In this document: one piece after another, positions 9,369-19,098 of the stretch | Layout of the letters: each line of letters starts with the position of its first letter | Position numbering within the stretch: the first letter of the stretch is position 1 | NCBI GenBank assembly: GCA_964219355.1 | Contig: CAXPOZ010000003.1 | Location: 219,678-283,677, forward strand | DNA from: Glaciecola sp. | GTDB lineage: Bacteria; Pseudomonadota; Alphaproteobacteria; Caulobacterales; Parvularculaceae | Direction of reading: 5' to 3' | DNA length: 64,000 nt | Made by a program: the position numbers and the translations under genes | The notes under the pieces: model-generated | Told to the model about the DNA's origin: nothing | The model's database searches: none | What the model saw: the letters and a program-made list of their open reading frames with translations, nothing else

Positions 9369-10585
9369 CCCAACATGTCGTGTGCCTTGGCGCAGGCGTC
9401 AACCAGCGCCTCAATATCGGCATGGGTGTTATAGGCGGTGAAGCTGGCCCGCGCGGTCGCGGTGACGCCGAGCTTCTTCATCAAGGGTTGACAGCAATGG
9501 TGCCCGGCACGCACGGCCACCCCCTGCCGGTCGAGAATGGTCGAGATATCATGCGGGTGTGCCTGCCCGAGATTAAAGGCAATGACCGGCCCCTTATCGG
9601 GTGCCGCACCATAGACGGTTGCGATATTCGAGCGCCCCAGCGCCTCCATCGCGTGATCAGTCAGCTCTCGCTCATAGGCTTTGAGGCCCGAAATATCCTG
9701 TTCCATCAGCCAACGGAGCGATGCGCCTAGCCCAATCGCCTCCATGATGGGCGGCGTGCCTGCCTCAAACCGGTGTGGCGGCTCATTATAGGTAATGCGC
9801 TCCTGCTCGACGATGTCAATCATCTCGCCCCCGCCGCGATAGGGCGGCAACCGGTCAAGGAGTACTTTACGGCCATAAAGGACGCCAATGCCGGTCGGAC
9901 CATAGGCCTTGTGCCCGGTCATGACATAGAAATCGACGCCGAGATCCTGCACATCGACCGGTCCGTGCACGGCATGCTGGCAGCCATCGGCAAGGAACAG
10001 CGCGCCATGCTCATGGGCAATTGCCGCCATCTCTTTGATCGGCGGAAAGGCTCCCAGCACATTTGACTGTGCCGACATGGCCACCAGTTTCGTGCGAGAG
10101 CTGAACATCTCGCGATAGGCGTCAAGATCGACATTACCGTCGGCATCGATATCGAGCCATTTGAGGACCGCGCCTTTTCGCTCGCGCAGGAAATGCCACG
10201 GCACGATATTGGAGTGATGCTCCATGACCGAGAGGATGATTTCATCGCCCTCGCCGATCTCCGCCTGCCCCAGCACGTTCGAGACAAGGTTCATCGCATC
10301 CGTACCGCCCATGGTGAAGATGACTTCATCCGCACTCGCCGCGTTCAGATAGGTCTGCGCCGTCTGGCGAGCCTCTTCAAAGGCGGTAGTCGTCTCATTG
10401 GAAAGAGCATGGAGGCCGCGATGCACATTGGCATAGCTGTGCGTCATCAGCCGCGTCATCTCATCGATCAGCACACGCGGTTTCTGGACGCTCGCCGCAT
10501 TGTCGAGATAGACCAGCGGCTTGCCGTAAACCTCACGGGAGAGGATCGGGAATTCGGCCCGGAATCTGGCGGGATCAAAACTCAT
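9365..10585 (-). CDS. sufS: Cysteine desulfurase SufS (class II)
   Basis: YLDNAAS.QKP, YANVHRG, TGHK.YGPTGIG, RAGHHCCQPL. Confidence 0.97.
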   Translation of the reverse strand: MSFDPARFRAEFPILSREVYGKPLVYLDNAASVQKPRVLIDEMTRLMTHSYANVHRGLHALSNETTTAFEEARQTAQTYLNAASADEVIFTMGGTDAMNLVSNVLGQAEIGEGDEIILSVMEHHSNIVPWHFLRERKGAVLKWLDIDADGNVDLDAYREMFSSRTKLVAMSAQSNVLGAFPPIKEMAAIAHEHGALFLADGCQHAVHGPVDVQDLGVDFYVMTGHKAYGPTGIGVLYGRKVLLDRLPPYRGGGEMIDIVEQERITYNEPPHRFEAGTPPIMEAIGLGASLRWLMEQDISGLKAYERELTDHAMEALGRSNIATVYGAAPDKGPVIAFNLGQAHPHDISTILDRQGVAVRAGHHCCQPLMKKLGVTATARASFTAYNTHADIEALVDACAKAHDMLG

Positions 10586-11133
10586 TCGAGGTCCATCAGC
10601 TCCCTGACCACACTTTCGCGGCTTTTCATGCCAGCGGCGCGGCCTTCCTCAATCGCGATAATGGCGGGCACGCCCCGCTCAGCGCGGTAAAGCGCCCAGG
10701 CGGCCCCGGCCCTGTTGCCCGATGCGCAATGGAGCAGGATCGGATAATCGCCTGCCGTTTCCAGCCGCTTGATCAGTTTGGGGAGGATGTCGGGTATATC
10801 CTCGGCATCGCGCGGCATGGGGATGCTGACATAGAGCAGGCCCAGCGCCTCAGCGGCAGCTTTCTCTTCAGCGACACCTGATTCATTGGGCTGACGCAAA
10901 TCGATCAGGGTCTTGAACCCGGCCGATTTCGCGCGCGCCACACCATCATCGGAGAGCCGCCCGCCAATTCCGATATTGGGCGCAATACGGACGTAATTGA
11001 CCACAAAGGACATATCCTGATCGCCGGTCGGTGCGGAAACACCATCCTCTGTGACCTGATAAGGCGTCGAGACCATTTGCGCCGCCGCAGGCGTCGCCAT
11101 CATGCAGGCCGCAATTGCCAGCCATCTGATCAT
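10582..11133 (-). CDS. DUF442/TIGR01244-type sulfurtransferase or PTP-like protein with signal peptide
   Basis: GFKTLIDLRQPNE, HCASGNRA (CX5R loop); Sec signal ending PAAA-Q; ATGA overlaps on both sides. Confidence 0.8.
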   Translation of the reverse strand: MIRWLAIAACMMATPAAAQMVSTPYQVTEDGVSAPTGDQDMSFVVNYVRIAPNIGIGGRLSDDGVARAKSAGFKTLIDLRQPNESGVAEEKAAAEALGLLYVSIPMPRDAEDIPDILPKLIKRLETAGDYPILLHCASGNRAGAAWALYRAERGVPAIIAIEEGRAAGMKSRESVVRELMDLE

Positions 11134-12314
11134 GACATGCCTCCTTCGCTGAAAAAACCGGTGAACGCGTCGCGCAACTGGGTGTTTTCAAGTTCGTCCA
11201 GCACTTCGGCACTGAAGGCGTCGATCAACAGCCGTTGCGCTGCCGCCTCATCTAGTCCCCGCTGGCGCAGATAGAACAGGGCCTCCGCATCGAGGGCGCC
11301 GACCGTGTTGCCATGCGCGCATTCGACATCGTCCGCATAGATCTCAAGCTCAGGCTTCGCATAGACAGTCGATGCACCTGAGAGCACCAGCGCGTGATGC
11401 GCCATCTGCGCATCGGTCTGCTGGCCATCGCGTTCGACAAGAAACTTGCCCTGAAAGACACCGCGAGCGCGGTCTTCGGTGATACCCTTGACGAGCTGAC
11501 GCGTCACCGCACCCGGCACGCCATGTGTGACATGGCTGGTCAGATCATTGTGACGTGCACCGCTTAAACGATAAAGTCCGTCAAGGCGTGCCCGCCCTGT
11601 ACCCGCATAATCTACGTGTGTTTCATGCCGGGAGAACGCTGCCCCGCCTGCAAGGGTGAGTTGATGCAGCTCTGCATCCTCTCCGATAGAGATCATGCTT
11701 GTCCCGACACTGACGGCCTCGTCAGCAGCAGGCTGGAGGATCACGCGCGTGACCTTCGCACCCTTGCCGATGACAAGATCGGTCAGGCTGTTCACGAATG
11801 GAGCACCCGTTAGCCGGTGGGTTTCAATCAGCGTGACCTTAACGCCCGGCGCAACATGGATTTTCACACGATCCGCGTGAGCACCCTGCCCCTGGCTGAG
11901 ATGCCGGATGAAGAGCGGCGCCTCGAGGCTTTCCTCTATACCGATATCAAGCGTGCGCGCCGATGTGGCAAGCGAAGCCAAAGGCGCATCGGGGATCAAC
12001 CGCGGTGCTGGATCTTTCATCTGCACCCGGATCGAGACCGGCAGGCCCGCCGGCCCTCGCACCGCGCCATTGGCGATGACAATCTCATATCCGCCGAGCG
12101 CCGCCAGCAACGGCTCATCATCTGCAGCGGTATAATCATAGGCTGCGGAGGGCTGACGCGCCTCCTTCAACGCAGCGCGCAAATCGGACCATTTCCATTC
12201 CTCGACCCGGCGGTTCGGCAGGCCGCGCGACCGCAAAGCCTCAAGCAGCGCACCGTCGGGCAGTTGCGCAGCGAGACGTTCCTCCGCCGTGGTGAGTTGA
12301 AGTTGCGTGCTCAC
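11130..12314 (-). CDS. sufD: Fe-S assembly protein SufD
   Basis: GLPNRRVEEWKWSDL, GVFQGKFLV, AKPELEIYADDVECAHGNTVG. Confidence 0.95.
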   Translation of the reverse strand: MSTQLQLTTAEERLAAQLPDGALLEALRSRGLPNRRVEEWKWSDLRAALKEARQPSAAYDYTAADDEPLLAALGGYEIVIANGAVRGPAGLPVSIRVQMKDPAPRLIPDAPLASLATSARTLDIGIEESLEAPLFIRHLSQGQGAHADRVKIHVAPGVKVTLIETHRLTGAPFVNSLTDLVIGKGAKVTRVILQPAADEAVSVGTSMISIGEDAELHQLTLAGGAAFSRHETHVDYAGTGRARLDGLYRLSGARHNDLTSHVTHGVPGAVTRQLVKGITEDRARGVFQGKFLVERDGQQTDAQMAHHALVLSGASTVYAKPELEIYADDVECAHGNTVGALDAEALFYLRQRGLDEAAAQRLLIDAFSAEVLDELENTQLRDAFTGFFSEGGMS

Positions 12315-13061
12315 TTATGCTGCCTCGGTGAATTGTTCGTACCCGCCCTCTTCGAGTGCGCGCGCCAGTTCGGGCCCGCCGGATTTAACGATCCGCCCCC
12401 CGGCGAGAACATGCACCGCATCGGGTTTGATATAATCGAGCAGGCGCTGGTAATGCGTGATGACGAGAAAGCCGCGCTTCTGCGACCGCAGCGAGTTGAC
12501 GACCTCACCAACCATTTTCAGTGCGTCGATATCGAGCCCTGAATCGGTTTCGTCCATGATCGCAAAGCGCGGTTCGAAGAGAGCCATCTGCAGCATTTCC
12601 ATGCGCTTTTTTTCACCACCAGAATATCCGTCATTGAACGGACGTTTGAGTTTCTCAGGGGTGAGCCCTACCACTTGCGCCTTTTCGCGGAAGAGTTTGA
12701 GAAATTCAGCTGCTGACATCTCCTCTTCGCCGCGTGCGCTGCGCTGAGCATTCAGCGCCGTGCGTAGGAAATTCATTGTCGCCACACCGGGTATTGCGAC
12801 CGGCGACTGGAACGACAAAAAGACGCCCTTGGCGGCCCGCTCATTCGGATCGAGGTCCAGAAGGTTTTCACCATTGAGGGTGACGCTTCCCTCCTGCGGC
12901 GCGTATCCTGGTCGGCCCGCAATCGAGTAAGACAGCGTCGACTTGCCCGACCCATTTGGCCCCATGATCGCGTGAACCTCGCCTGCCGGCACGTCGAGCG
13001 ACAGGCCGTTGAGGATCGGATTCCCCTCAATCGTGAGGTGGAGGTTATTAATGTTCAGCAT
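12315..13061 (-). CDS. sufC: Fe-S assembly ATPase SufC
   Basis: GEVHAIMGPNGSGKSTL, YSGGEKKR, DETDSGLDIDAL. Confidence 0.97.
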   Translation of the reverse strand: MLNINNLHLTIEGNPILNGLSLDVPAGEVHAIMGPNGSGKSTLSYSIAGRPGYAPQEGSVTLNGENLLDLDPNERAAKGVFLSFQSPVAIPGVATMNFLRTALNAQRSARGEEEMSAAEFLKLFREKAQVVGLTPEKLKRPFNDGYSGGEKKRMEMLQMALFEPRFAIMDETDSGLDIDALKMVGEVVNSLRSQKRGFLVITHYQRLLDYIKPDAVHVLAGGRIVKSGGPELARALEEGGYEQFTEAA

Positions 13062-13426
13062 TAGTCAGTATCTTTCATTTTTGGCTCGACGATCAGATAT
13101 TCGGTCGTCGTTTCGCCAGTATTCATGACCTCATGAACGGTGCCGTCGCTCCACCATTCTGCGCCCGCTTTGGTCTCGATCTCTCTCGTGCCATTTGCAT
13201 CTGTGATGCGCTGTATACCGCCCTTCAGGATATAACCCCAATGCGGTGCGTGGCGGTGTTTCTCGTGCCCAACACCGGGCGGGAACGTACAGCGCAGAAC
13301 CCGAACCCGTTCATTTTCACGCACCAGTTCACAGACATTCTCACCGTCCCACCCCGCAGCAAGCGGATCGGGCAGTTCGGGTTGAGTACCGATCAACACA
13401 AGTGAAATGAGGGCGCTGGTGATCAT
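13061..13426 (-). CDS. Exported cupin-domain protein
   Basis: Hydrophobic N-terminus; PGVGHEKHRH...GG....H cupin motif. Confidence 0.75.
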   Translation of the reverse strand: MITSALISLVLIGTQPELPDPLAAGWDGENVCELVRENERVRVLRCTFPPGVGHEKHRHAPHWGYILKGGIQRITDANGTREIETKAGAEWWSDGTVHEVMNTGETTTEYLIVEPKMKDTD

Positions 13427-13878
13427 TCGGCCACCTCTTCCGGGTAGAGCGTATTCTGGTCATGGACCAGCCGCCAAGCGCCGTCCTCCAGCCGGAAGAC
13501 CAGAAGCAACCAACGCTCGCGCGGTGCGCCATCTGGGGTGTCGCGATATTGATAGCGGGTCAGCGCCATGGAGAGGTCTTCGCCTTCGACAATGCGGATA
13601 ATCTGCGGCGTCCAGACCCATTGATCGTCTGCGAACCATTCCTTGTGGAAAGCCACGACATTCGAAACGCCCGTCACCTCTTCTCCACCCGGGAAGATGA
13701 CCTGCAGGTCGCCATCCGTCAGTGTCAGGGTCGATTTGAGGGTTTCAAGATCGCGGCCCGCGACCGCGCCCAGATGAGTCTCGACTGCCGTTCTGAAATC
13801 AGGGCGTGCTGTTTCAGCCTCACCGGAGCAGGCGGCGAGGATCGGCAGGAGCAGGAGGAATGTAAGCTGTCTGAGCAT
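13423..13878 (-). CDS. NTF2/SnoaL-like lipoprotein
   Basis: Lipobox LAAC; C-terminal VFRLEDGAWRLVHDQNT. Confidence 0.78.
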   Translation of the reverse strand: MLRQLTFLLLLPILAACSGEAETARPDFRTAVETHLGAVAGRDLETLKSTLTLTDGDLQVIFPGGEEVTGVSNVVAFHKEWFADDQWVWTPQIIRIVEGEDLSMALTRYQYRDTPDGAPRERWLLLVFRLEDGAWRLVHDQNTLYPEEVAE

Positions 13879-14147
13879 TATTCGTCTCCCTCACCGGGCA
13901 GGCCGGCGCCCTTGATATATTTTGCCGGGGCGAGATTGAGCAGCAGCGCTGTCACGAGCAGAGACACCCCGCCGCAGACGGCATCGACCGGAATACCGGC
14001 AAAACCCGCGCGCAGGGCTGTGATCCGCAGATTGACGAAAACCACAGCCAGCAGGACAGCGAAGATCGCATGACCAACCGGCGAGGCCGGCAGCACGAAA
14101 GCCCGCTCCCAGCCGGCAGTGCCTTTTTTGAAGAGGTGGTTGTTCAT
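13878..14147 (-). CDS. Small two-TM hypothetical protein
   Basis: 89 aa; TAA overlaps the next ATG (TAATG). Confidence 0.6.
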   Translation of the reverse strand: MNNHLFKKGTAGWERAFVLPASPVGHAIFAVLLAVVFVNLRITALRAGFAGIPVDAVCGGVSLLVTALLLNLAPAKYIKGAGLPGEGDE

Positions 14148-14257
14148 CAGAGACCCCGCCCATACCCACGCAGGAAGGCATCGGCCCTCATGCCAGCATC
14201 GGATGCCAAAATGGACGACTGCATACTGACTAAATCTGGAAGAAAGATATCAGACAT
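14147..14257 (-). CDS. 36-aa small ORF (MSDIFLPDLVSMQSSILASDAGMRADAFLRGYGRGL)
   Basis: Manual translation: fills the 14148-14264 gap, starts 7 nt after the upstream stop and ends in TGA overlapping the next ATG (TGATG). Confidence 0.4.
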   Translation of the reverse strand: MSDIFLPDLVSMQSSILASDAGMRADAFLRGYGRGL

Positions 14258-14264
14258 CTTAAAC

Positions 14265-14678
14265 CTATTCCTTCCCGATCAGGTCTATAGACACATTTTC
14301 AAACCCGGCGGATTGAATTTCAGCCATAAGTTTGACGAGAGTGGATGTTGAGGCCCCACTCTCCGCAGCAATACGAATTAGATCTGATGCGCCGATCTTC
14401 CTCTCAAATAACAGCTCGCGAGCATCACCGGGCTGAACAACGTCACCATCGACCTCAATTTGGTCCGATGCGGTTATGGAGAAAACAATAGCCGCCTCAA
14501 TCTGCTGAAGCGTCACCGTAGGCTGCGTAGGCTGCGTAGGCTGCGTAGGTTGCACTTCAGACTCATTCGTATAGGCATCAACTGCACCCACTAGAAATCC
14601 TGCGCCAAATGAGCCTGCATCACACCCATTCAGTGCGAACCCAAGAACGGGCAATAGCCATCCAATTCTCTTCATCAC
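14265..14678 (-). CDS. Lipoprotein with ExbD/TolR-like C-terminal domain and QPT linker
   Basis: Lipobox ALNGC; [12 protein letters not shown]; [31 protein letters not shown] matches the ExbD periplasmic-domain pattern; GTGA overlap with the sufB stop. Confidence 0.7.
   Translation of the reverse strand: MMKRIGWLLPVLGFALNGCDAGSFGAGFLVGAVDAYTNESEVQPTQPTQPTQPTVTLQQIEAAIVFSITASDQIEVDGDVVQPGDARELLFERKIGASDLIRIAAESGASTSTLVKLMAEIQSAGFENVSIDLIGKE
14518..14553. repeat. 9-bp in-frame tandem repeat GTAGGCTGC x3 plus one variant copy
   Basis: gtaggctgc gtaggctgc gtaggctgc gtaggttgc; encodes (QPT)4 on the minus strand. Confidence 0.9.
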
Positions 14679-16207
14679 CCCACACTCCCCTCTAGGCTCA
14701 CAGCGACGAGCTTCTGCGCCTCGACAGCGAATTCCATGGGCAGTTCCTGCAGAACTTCCTTACAGAAACCATTGACGAGGAGCGCGACGGCCTGTTCCTC
14801 ATCAAGCCCACGCTGTTGCGCATAGAAAAGCTGATCTTCTGAGAGCCGCGATGTCGTTGCTTCATGCTCCAGGATTGCAGAGGACGTCTTGTTCTCGACA
14901 TAAGGAACGGTATGCGCGCCGCAGTTTGAACCGATGAGAAGGCTGTCACATTGCGTGAAGTTCCGCGCATTCTCCGCCTTGCGGCCAATCGAGACGAGCC
15001 CTCGATAGGTCTGATCGGACTGGCCCGCCGAAATCCCCTTGGAGATGATCCGTGAGCGGGTGTTCTTTCCCAGATGCAGCATCTTGGTACCAGTATCCGC
15101 CTGCTGATGATTATTGGTGATGGCGATTGAGTAGAACTCGCCCTGACTGTCATCACCGCGCAGGATGCAGGAAGGATATTTCCACGTCACCGCAGAACCG
15201 GTCTCGACTTGTGTCCATGACACCTTCGAGCGGTCACCCCGGCAATCGGCGCGCTTAGTCACAAAATTATAGATGCCGCCTTTGCCGTCCTTGTCGCCCG
15301 GATACCAGTTCTGGACGGTCGAGTATTTGATTTCGGCATCTTCCAGCGCGACAAGCTCAACGACCGCCGCATGAAGCTGGTTCTCGTCCCGCATGGGCGC
15401 GGTACACCCCTCCAGATAGGAGACATAGGCGCCTTTATCGGCAATGATCAGGGTACGCTCGAACTGGCCGGTATTGGCCTCATTGATGCGGAAATAGGTC
15501 GACAGCTCCATCGGGCAACGCACACCTGGCGGCACATAGACGAAAGTGCCGTCCGAGAAGACGGCGGTGTTGAGGGTCGCAAAGAAATTATCCGAGGCCG
15601 GTACGACCGAGCCGATATATTCGCGCACAAGATCGGGATGCTCACGAATGGCTTCCGAGATCGACATGAAGATGACCCCGGCCTTCTCCAGCTCCTTCTT
15701 GAAGGTCGTTGCGACCGAGACGCTATCAAAGACCGCATCAACGGCGACGCCCGGTTTCGCGCGCGCATCGCCCGGCGTCTCGCCAGCGCCTTCGACGCCG
15801 AGCAGGACTTCGGCTTCTTTCAGCGGGATACCGAGCTTTTCGAAATCGGCGAGGATTTCGGGCGGCACGTCATCAATCGACTCATATTTCGCGCCCGATT
15901 TGGGTTCGGCGTAATAGTAGTGGTCCTGATAATTGATGGGCGGATATTTCACCTTCTGCCAGTCCGGCTCTTCCATCTCCAGCCAGCGGCGATAGGCCTT
16001 CAGCCGCCAGTCGAGCATCCATTCGGGCTCTTCCTTCTTGGCCGAGATGAACCGGACCGTGTCCTCAGAAAGCCCCTTGGGGGCCTTCACGGACTCGATA
16101 TTGGTCGAAAAGCCGTATTTATAGGTTTCGAGATGGCGGACCGTGTCGACGGTTTCCTTCTCGATGCCTTCCTTGACGGCGAGTTCCGGTTCAGTCGTAT
16201 TCGTCAT
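14675..16207 (-). CDS. sufB: Fe-S scaffold SufB (alternative TTG start 16219)
   Basis: [52 protein letters not shown]. Confidence 0.98.
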   Translation of the reverse strand: MTNTTEPELAVKEGIEKETVDTVRHLETYKYGFSTNIESVKAPKGLSEDTVRFISAKKEEPEWMLDWRLKAYRRWLEMEEPDWQKVKYPPINYQDHYYYAEPKSGAKYESIDDVPPEILADFEKLGIPLKEAEVLLGVEGAGETPGDARAKPGVAVDAVFDSVSVATTFKKELEKAGVIFMSISEAIREHPDLVREYIGSVVPASDNFFATLNTAVFSDGTFVYVPPGVRCPMELSTYFRINEANTGQFERTLIIADKGAYVSYLEGCTAPMRDENQLHAAVVELVALEDAEIKYSTVQNWYPGDKDGKGGIYNFVTKRADCRGDRSKVSWTQVETGSAVTWKYPSCILRGDDSQGEFYSIAITNNHQQADTGTKMLHLGKNTRSRIISKGISAGQSDQTYRGLVSIGRKAENARNFTQCDSLLIGSNCGAHTVPYVENKTSSAILEHEATTSRLSEDQLFYAQQRGLDEEQAVALLVNGFCKEVLQELPMEFAVEAQKLVAVSLEGSVG

Positions 16208-16226
16208 AAAGACCGACAATCTTTCC

Positions 16227-16685
16227 TTATTTCACAGCGCTGATGGCCTGCATCACCTTGGCCGCGCAATCTCGGCGGGTTGCGATTTTCTCATCGCGAT
16301 TCTCTGGATGGTCGATCTCTGCCGCCCATGCCTCGATATCCGCCTTGAGAGCCGAGATCTTTTCATCCGCTCCCGTCTCTTCGGCGGCAGGTTTCAGTTT
16401 TTCCTCGAGCGCCTGTTCCCAGATCGCCGTCACTTCTTTCGCCGTGTCGCGGGCCTTGCGGATTGTTGGCGGCGCCTCACCGCCCCGCTCTTCAGCACGG
16501 GCTTCGAGTTCCGCCAGATCGATCTGCGCCAGCGCGACACAGCGGCTCAGCGTCTCGACCTTCTCTTCGGACAGCTCTCCTGCAGCAAGGGAGATCAGTT
16601 CTTCAGGGGCCGGCTGCGCCATAGCTGTGAAGGGAATACTCGCCGTCAGGCAGGCAGCAGCACACATGATCAATTTCATCCTCAT
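16227..16685 (-). CDS. Exported helical hypothetical protein
   Basis: Signal peptide ending AMA-Q; two Cys in the mature part; ATGA overlap with the nifS stop. Confidence 0.7.
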   Translation of the reverse strand: MRMKLIMCAAACLTASIPFTAMAQPAPEELISLAAGELSEEKVETLSRCVALAQIDLAELEARAEERGGEAPPTIRKARDTAKEVTAIWEQALEEKLKPAAEETGADEKISALKADIEAWAAEIDHPENRDEKIATRRDCAAKVMQAISAVK

Positions 16686-17833
16686 GCGACATTCCTCTCC
16701 GCAATTCGCTGAAACTCATTCTTCCACAAACGCAGGAACATATCGGCATCGGCCATCGTGCTGGTCCAGCCGAGCGAGACGCGGATCGCCGAATTCGCCT
16801 CCTCCTCGCTGGCGCCCATGGCACCCAGCACGCCGGACTGGCGCACCTTGCCGGAGGAGCAGGCAGAGCCTGCCGAGATCGCGATCCCGCCCAGATCCAT
16901 CACCATGACTTGCGTTTCCGATCGGAACCCCGGCGCGGAGAAACAGCTCGTATTGGGCAAGCGCGGGGCATTCTGCCCCCAGATGATCACGCCATCCGGT
17001 AGTCCAGATTCGATCCGGTCACGGATCATGGCAAGCTCGGCATATTCTTCAGGCCGGGCCAGTTTCGCGGCATGTGAAAATCCGGCGATGGCGATCAGGT
17101 TCTCGGTCCCTGCCCGGCGGGACAGCTCCTGCCCGCCGCCGCGCAAATATGGTGCGAGTGCAAGCCCCGGCTTGATGACCAATGCCCCGACGCCTGCCGG
17201 CCCGCCAACCTTATGGGCACCAAGGCTCATCATGTCGACGCCCATCTGGCCGAAATCGAGCGGCAGCTTACCAAAGCCCTGCACCGCATCGACAAAAACA
17301 TGCCCGCCCTTGGGCCATGCCAGAGGCCCGAGCTTGCCAACCGGCTGGATCACGCCTGTCTCATTATTCGCAAGCATGACAGCGAGCAGGAAGGCGCCTT
17401 CCGTCACCTGATCATATCCGGCAAGCCGGTCCGCCAGCCATTCAAGATCGATCACGCCATCACGGGTGACGGGCACGGTTTCAACCGTGACGCCTGCTGT
17501 ATCGGCAAGCCCCTCGGCAGCCGCTTTCACCGCATCATGTTCGATGGCGGAGACCATCAGTCGCCGCACCTTCATCGGGCCATGAACCGCGCCGTGAAGC
17601 GCCATGTTGATGGCTTCGGTGCCGCCGCCGGTGAAGATGACACCTTCCTTGGGTGCGCGGACGGTCTCGGCAATCACGCCGCGCGCGTCCTCCAGGATTT
17701 TCTTGGCCGCCCGTCCCTCTGAATGGGTCGAGGACGGATTATGCGCGCCCTTCATGACAGCGATCAGCGCGTCCCGTACGCCGGGGCGCAGCGGGCTCGT
17801 CGCATTATGATCAAGATAAAGGCGGTCAGGCAT
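16682..17833 (-). CDS. iscS: Cysteine desulfurase, NifS/IscS-like (class I)
   Basis: Start MPDRLYLDHNATSPL at 17833; LGAHKVGGP, GGGQE..RRAGTEN, SAGSACSSG. Confidence 0.93.
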   Translation of the reverse strand: MPDRLYLDHNATSPLRPGVRDALIAVMKGAHNPSSTHSEGRAAKKILEDARGVIAETVRAPKEGVIFTGGGTEAINMALHGAVHGPMKVRRLMVSAIEHDAVKAAAEGLADTAGVTVETVPVTRDGVIDLEWLADRLAGYDQVTEGAFLLAVMLANNETGVIQPVGKLGPLAWPKGGHVFVDAVQGFGKLPLDFGQMGVDMMSLGAHKVGGPAGVGALVIKPGLALAPYLRGGGQELSRRAGTENLIAIAGFSHAAKLARPEEYAELAMIRDRIESGLPDGVIIWGQNAPRLPNTSCFSAPGFRSETQVMVMDLGGIAISAGSACSSGKVRQSGVLGAMGASEEEANSAIRVSLGWTSTMADADMFLRLWKNEFQRIAERNVA

Positions 17834-18269
17834 GCGCGGCCCTCTCTTTGAGAGGAGCATTTGCGCCCGCCGCGATATCAGCGAGGGTGATCCCGCCGAG
17901 ATAGGTTTCGATCTCGCGGTCGAGGCCGTGCCACAGCTTGTGGGTGAGGCAGCGTGTTGAGCTGCCCGTGCACCCCGTCGCCGCCCCCGGCACACAGGCC
18001 GTCGAGCGGATCTCTTCATCGACCGCATCGACGATGGCGCCGACGGAAATCTCCGCTGAGGACTGCGCGAGCAGATAACCACCGCCTGCGCCACGCCGGC
18101 TGGTCACCAGCCCCGCTTTGCGCAACTGGCCGAAAATCTGCTCAAGGAAGGCCAGCGACAGCCCCTGGCGCACAGCAATATCGCTGAGCGGGACAGGCAC
18201 GTCCCCGCCGAAAGCTGCCATATCAGCCATGGCCGCCACGGCGTTGCGGGCGCGGGATGTCAGTTTCAT
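17826..18269 (-). CDS. iscR: Rrf2-family regulator, IscR-like
   Basis: MKLTSRAR.AV.AM.D.A, YLEQ-like FLEQIF, VTSRRGAGGGY, three Cys plus H (CVPGAATGCTGSSTRCLTH). Confidence 0.85.
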   Translation of the reverse strand: MKLTSRARNAVAAMADMAAFGGDVPVPLSDIAVRQGLSLAFLEQIFGQLRKAGLVTSRRGAGGGYLLAQSSAEISVGAIVDAVDEEIRSTACVPGAATGCTGSSTRCLTHKLWHGLDREIETYLGGITLADIAAGANAPLKERAAHA

Positions 18270-18424
18270 CGGGGCCTCTGAACTTCTGGTCGAGCATTTC
18301 TGGCCACGGCGCGAGAATGTGGTATAGGCCGCGGTCTTTGATAGGTCGGACATAAGAAATCCGACCATAATGGTCAACTTTCTGCGGTGAAGTTTTTCGC
18401 CGCCTCTAACAGTCTGGACGGCGA

Positions 18425-19093
18425 ATGCCCGAGATTATTTTCAACGGTCCCGAGGGCCGGCTTGAAGGCCGCTATCAGCGCGCCAAAGAAGACAATGCGC
18501 CGATCGCGCTGATCCTTCATCCCCACCCCCAGTTCGGCGGGACGATGAACGACAAGATCACCTATGAAATGTACCACATGTTCGCGCGGCGCGGCTTTGC
18601 GGTGATGCGGTTCAATTTCCGCGGCGTCGGCAAGTCCGAGGGCGAATATGATCAGGGTCAAGGCGAGCTTTCCGATGCCGCCACGGCGCTCGACTATCTG
18701 CAATCGCTGAACCCTGCGGCGCCATTCGCCTGGGTCGGGGGTTTTAGCTTTGGTGCCTATGTCGGCATGCAGCTCCTGATGCGGCGGCCGGAGATTGTCG
18801 GCTTCATTTCCGTGTCGGCAGCGGCGAATCTCTTTGACTTCTCCTTCCTTGCGCCCTGCCCGTCGTCGGGCGTGGTCCTGCACGGCACGGGCGACAAGAT
18901 CTGCCCGCCCGAGCTGACCCGTGATGTCATGGCAAAGACCCGGACCCAGAAGGGCCGCCGGATCGAGTTCCAGACCATTGAAGGCGCCGATCACTTCTTC
19001 TCACAGCATGAAGAAGAGCTGATGAAGGCGGCCGCAGCCTATCTCGACCGCCGCCTTGAAGAGCCGCCCGAAGGCCATCTGTTCACGGATTGA
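18425..19093 (+). CDS. Alpha/beta hydrolase typically divergent from alphaproteobacterial iscR-suf
   Basis: MPEIIFNGPEGRLEGRY, LHPHPQFGGTM, GFSFG nucleophile elbow, GADHFF. Confidence 0.92.
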   Translation: MPEIIFNGPEGRLEGRYQRAKEDNAPIALILHPHPQFGGTMNDKITYEMYHMFARRGFAVMRFNFRGVGKSEGEYDQGQGELSDAATALDYLQSLNPAAPFAWVGGFSFGAYVGMQLLMRRPEIVGFISVSAAANLFDFSFLAPCPSSGVVLHGTGDKICPPELTRDVMAKTRTQKGRRIEFQTIEGADHFFSQHEEELMKAAAAYLDRRLEEPPEGHLFTD

Positions 19094-19098
19094 TCAGA

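Noticed and set aside
15371-16243. 290-aa ORF antisense to sufB
   Set aside because: Shadow frame; sufB explains the sequence.
16682-17833. Two cysteine desulfurases in one operon as a novelty
   Set aside because: NifS-like plus SufS is the usual alphaproteobacterial arrangement.
16682-18094. 470-aa long version of the NifS-like ORF
   Set aside because: The N-terminal 87 aa are an alternative frame of iscR; homology starts at MPDRLYLDHNAT (17833).
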